A DNA stretch of 64,000 nucleotides from an uncultured Phycisphaerales bacterium (GTDB taxonomy: Bacteria; Planctomycetota; Phycisphaerae; Tepidisphaerales; Tepidisphaeraceae), in NCBI GenBank assembly GCA_963844715.1, contig CAWJPJ010000006.1, positions 32,001-96,000 of the forward strand, given 5' to 3'. The translations under genes and the position numbers were made by a program. Within the stretch, counting starts at the first letter, position 1. Every line of letters begins with the position of its first letter. Positions 62,443-64,000 of this stretch are shown here, one piece after another. The notes under the pieces were generated by a model that did no database searches, was not told the origin of the DNA, and was given only the letters and a program-made list of their open reading frames with translations.

Positions 62443-63688
62443 CTAGAACTCGAAGGCGCAATTCGCCAGTCGGGCGCCGATTTCCGCCAGGACGCGCTGC
62501 TCGTCCGCCGCGTCGCGGGCGGCGAAGGTGACGCTGAATCGCACGTACGCCCCGGCATCGTCCCAGGGGACGGTGCTGATCAATTTTTGGGTGATCAGCC
62601 ATTGGCTGAAGGCCTCGGCGGTTTCGAAGGCGACGCGATGTCCGCCCGTGGTTGCGCCGCGCGGCGATTTTACGTAGAGAAAGAACGATCCCTTGGGCTT
62701 TTTGGCGGTGAGGCCGGCGCGATTGAGGGCGGCGACCAGGCCGTCCATGCGCCGGGAATATTTGGCGGCGATTTGCGCGCGTGATCTCGGGATGTTCCAG
62801 TGCGAAGGCGCAGGCTTCCTGAATGGCGAGGAATTGGCCGGAGTCGGTGTTGTCTTTCACATCGGCATAGGCGCGGACGATGAGTTCGTTGCCGGCGACC
62901 CATCCGAGGCGCCAGCCGGTCATGTTAAACGCCTTGCTCATGGAGTGCAGTTCGACGGCGACGTCCATGGCGCCGGGCGTGGCCAGGATCGAAAGGGGTT
63001 TGCCTTCGAAGACGAGGGCGGCGTAGGCGGCGTCGTGGATGAGAATGAGATTGTTTTTTCGCGCAAAGGCGACTGCACGGGCGAAGAACTCGGGGGTGGC
63101 CGACGCGCCGGTGGGATTGTTGGGGTAATTGATGACCAGGGTCTTGGCGCGGATGAGTTTGTCGTGTGGGACGGAATCCAGGTCGGGGAGAAAGTTGTTC
63201 TTCTCGAGAAGAGGGATATTGAAGACCTCGCCGCCAAGGTATTTGGCGTGCGTGCCGAAGACCGGGTAGCCGGGCGTGGTCATGAGAGTCACGTCGCCCG
63301 GGTTGATGAAACACGCGGGCAAAATGGAGAGTGCGGCCTTGGAGCCTATTGAGTGCAGGATGTGCTTTTCCGGGTCGAGCCCTTCCACGCCGCAGACGTT
63401 TTTCATCCAGCGCGCGGCGGCTGCTTTGAACAGGGACGCGCCGTTGTCGGCATAGGTGCGATTCTCAGGGTTCCTGGCCGCGGCGGCCAGGGCGTCCACG
63501 CAATCGGGGAAAGCCATTTCATCCGGCTCGCCCACGCCCATGTCGATGAGTTCGCCTTTTGGATTTGCGGCCATGGCGGCGCGCTTGGCGCGCTTGATCT
63601 TCTCGAATTTGTAGATGGCGGTGCCTTTGCCGTACGTCTTGCCGCCGATGCGTTCGGCGAAGAGGTTTTGTATGGGCGATTCGCTCAT
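62443..63688 (-). CDS. dapL: LL-diaminopimelate aminotransferase (frameshift ~62780)
   Basis: YKFEKIKRAK, DMGVGEPD, NYPNNPTG, DAAY, HSMSKAFNMTGWR, DSGQF. Confidence 0.9.
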
Positions 63689-63773
63689 ATCGATCCGGGA
63701 CTATAGGCGAAGGGGCGGGGAATTTCATCTTGGGATTGGAGGCCGCTGCGGGCAGGGGAATATCAGGGAGATT

Positions 63774-64000
63774 CTATGGCCGTGTCGCGGCGTGAAGATC
63801 GCGCCAGGTCTTCCCGCCATCCGTCGTGTGCAAAATAGCTTTGTCGTGATGGTCGTCTGTGTCCGTCAGCGCCCATCCGGAATCTGAATCGACGAAATCC
63901 AACTGGAAGAGCCCGTTGTCCTCGATCGGCGAGGTTTTCGACCAGTGTTTCCCGCCGTCTTCGGTGTGATAGAGGTTGCGGTCGTCCGTCCAAATCCAGC
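63774..64000 (-). CDS. 3' end of BNR/Asp-box repeat protein (YCF48-like)
   Basis: Own translation: HTEDGGKHW...LDFVDSDSGW...HTTDGGKTW, TAG at 63774-63776. Confidence 0.8.
   Translation of the reverse strand, partial: WIWTDDRNLYHTEDGGKHWSKTSPIEDNGLFQLDFVDSDSGWALTDTDDHHDKAILHTTDGGKTWRDLHAATRP

Overview
GC-rich bacterial window, most likely Planctomycetota (Phycisphaerae/Tepidisphaerales-like; inferred from an LEPRxLL-type exported protein, CGYDLRASPxRCPECG and ATQP motifs). Many single-base frameshifts hit housekeeping genes (tmk, holB, mutY, trpD, dapL), which points to uncorrected long-read indels. (1) 1-19637 is the right arm of a genomic island ending in a tRNA-Ile(GAT) 3' fragment (att-like). 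It holds four Rhs C-terminal toxin plus membrane-anchored putative immunity cassettes, a fifth Rhs scrap and an XRE regulator. Junction repeats sharing TGTAG(C)NGC recur between cassettes. Mobile elements are an IS1111-type IS110 whose bridge/seekRNA target guides can be read from the sequence, IS21, two kinds of IS5, an IS481-like element and an IS3 remnant. (2) 19.9-42.5 kb is mostly ordinary: RND pump, mazEF, a large LEPRxLL protein, mbfA, ECF cluster, dprA, aroB, aminotransferase, UbiD-family gene. (3) 42.8-47.1 kb is a broken defence islet: a Pycsar-like cyclase remnant, an intact PycTM-like effector and a Ser/Thr kinase; cyclase and kinase are each hit by the same 887-bp IS5. (4) 47.9-64 kb is housekeeping plus a divergent five-lipoprotein cluster (COG3014, two LpoB-like, YcfL-like). 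All family calls come from motif recognition by eye; no searches were run.
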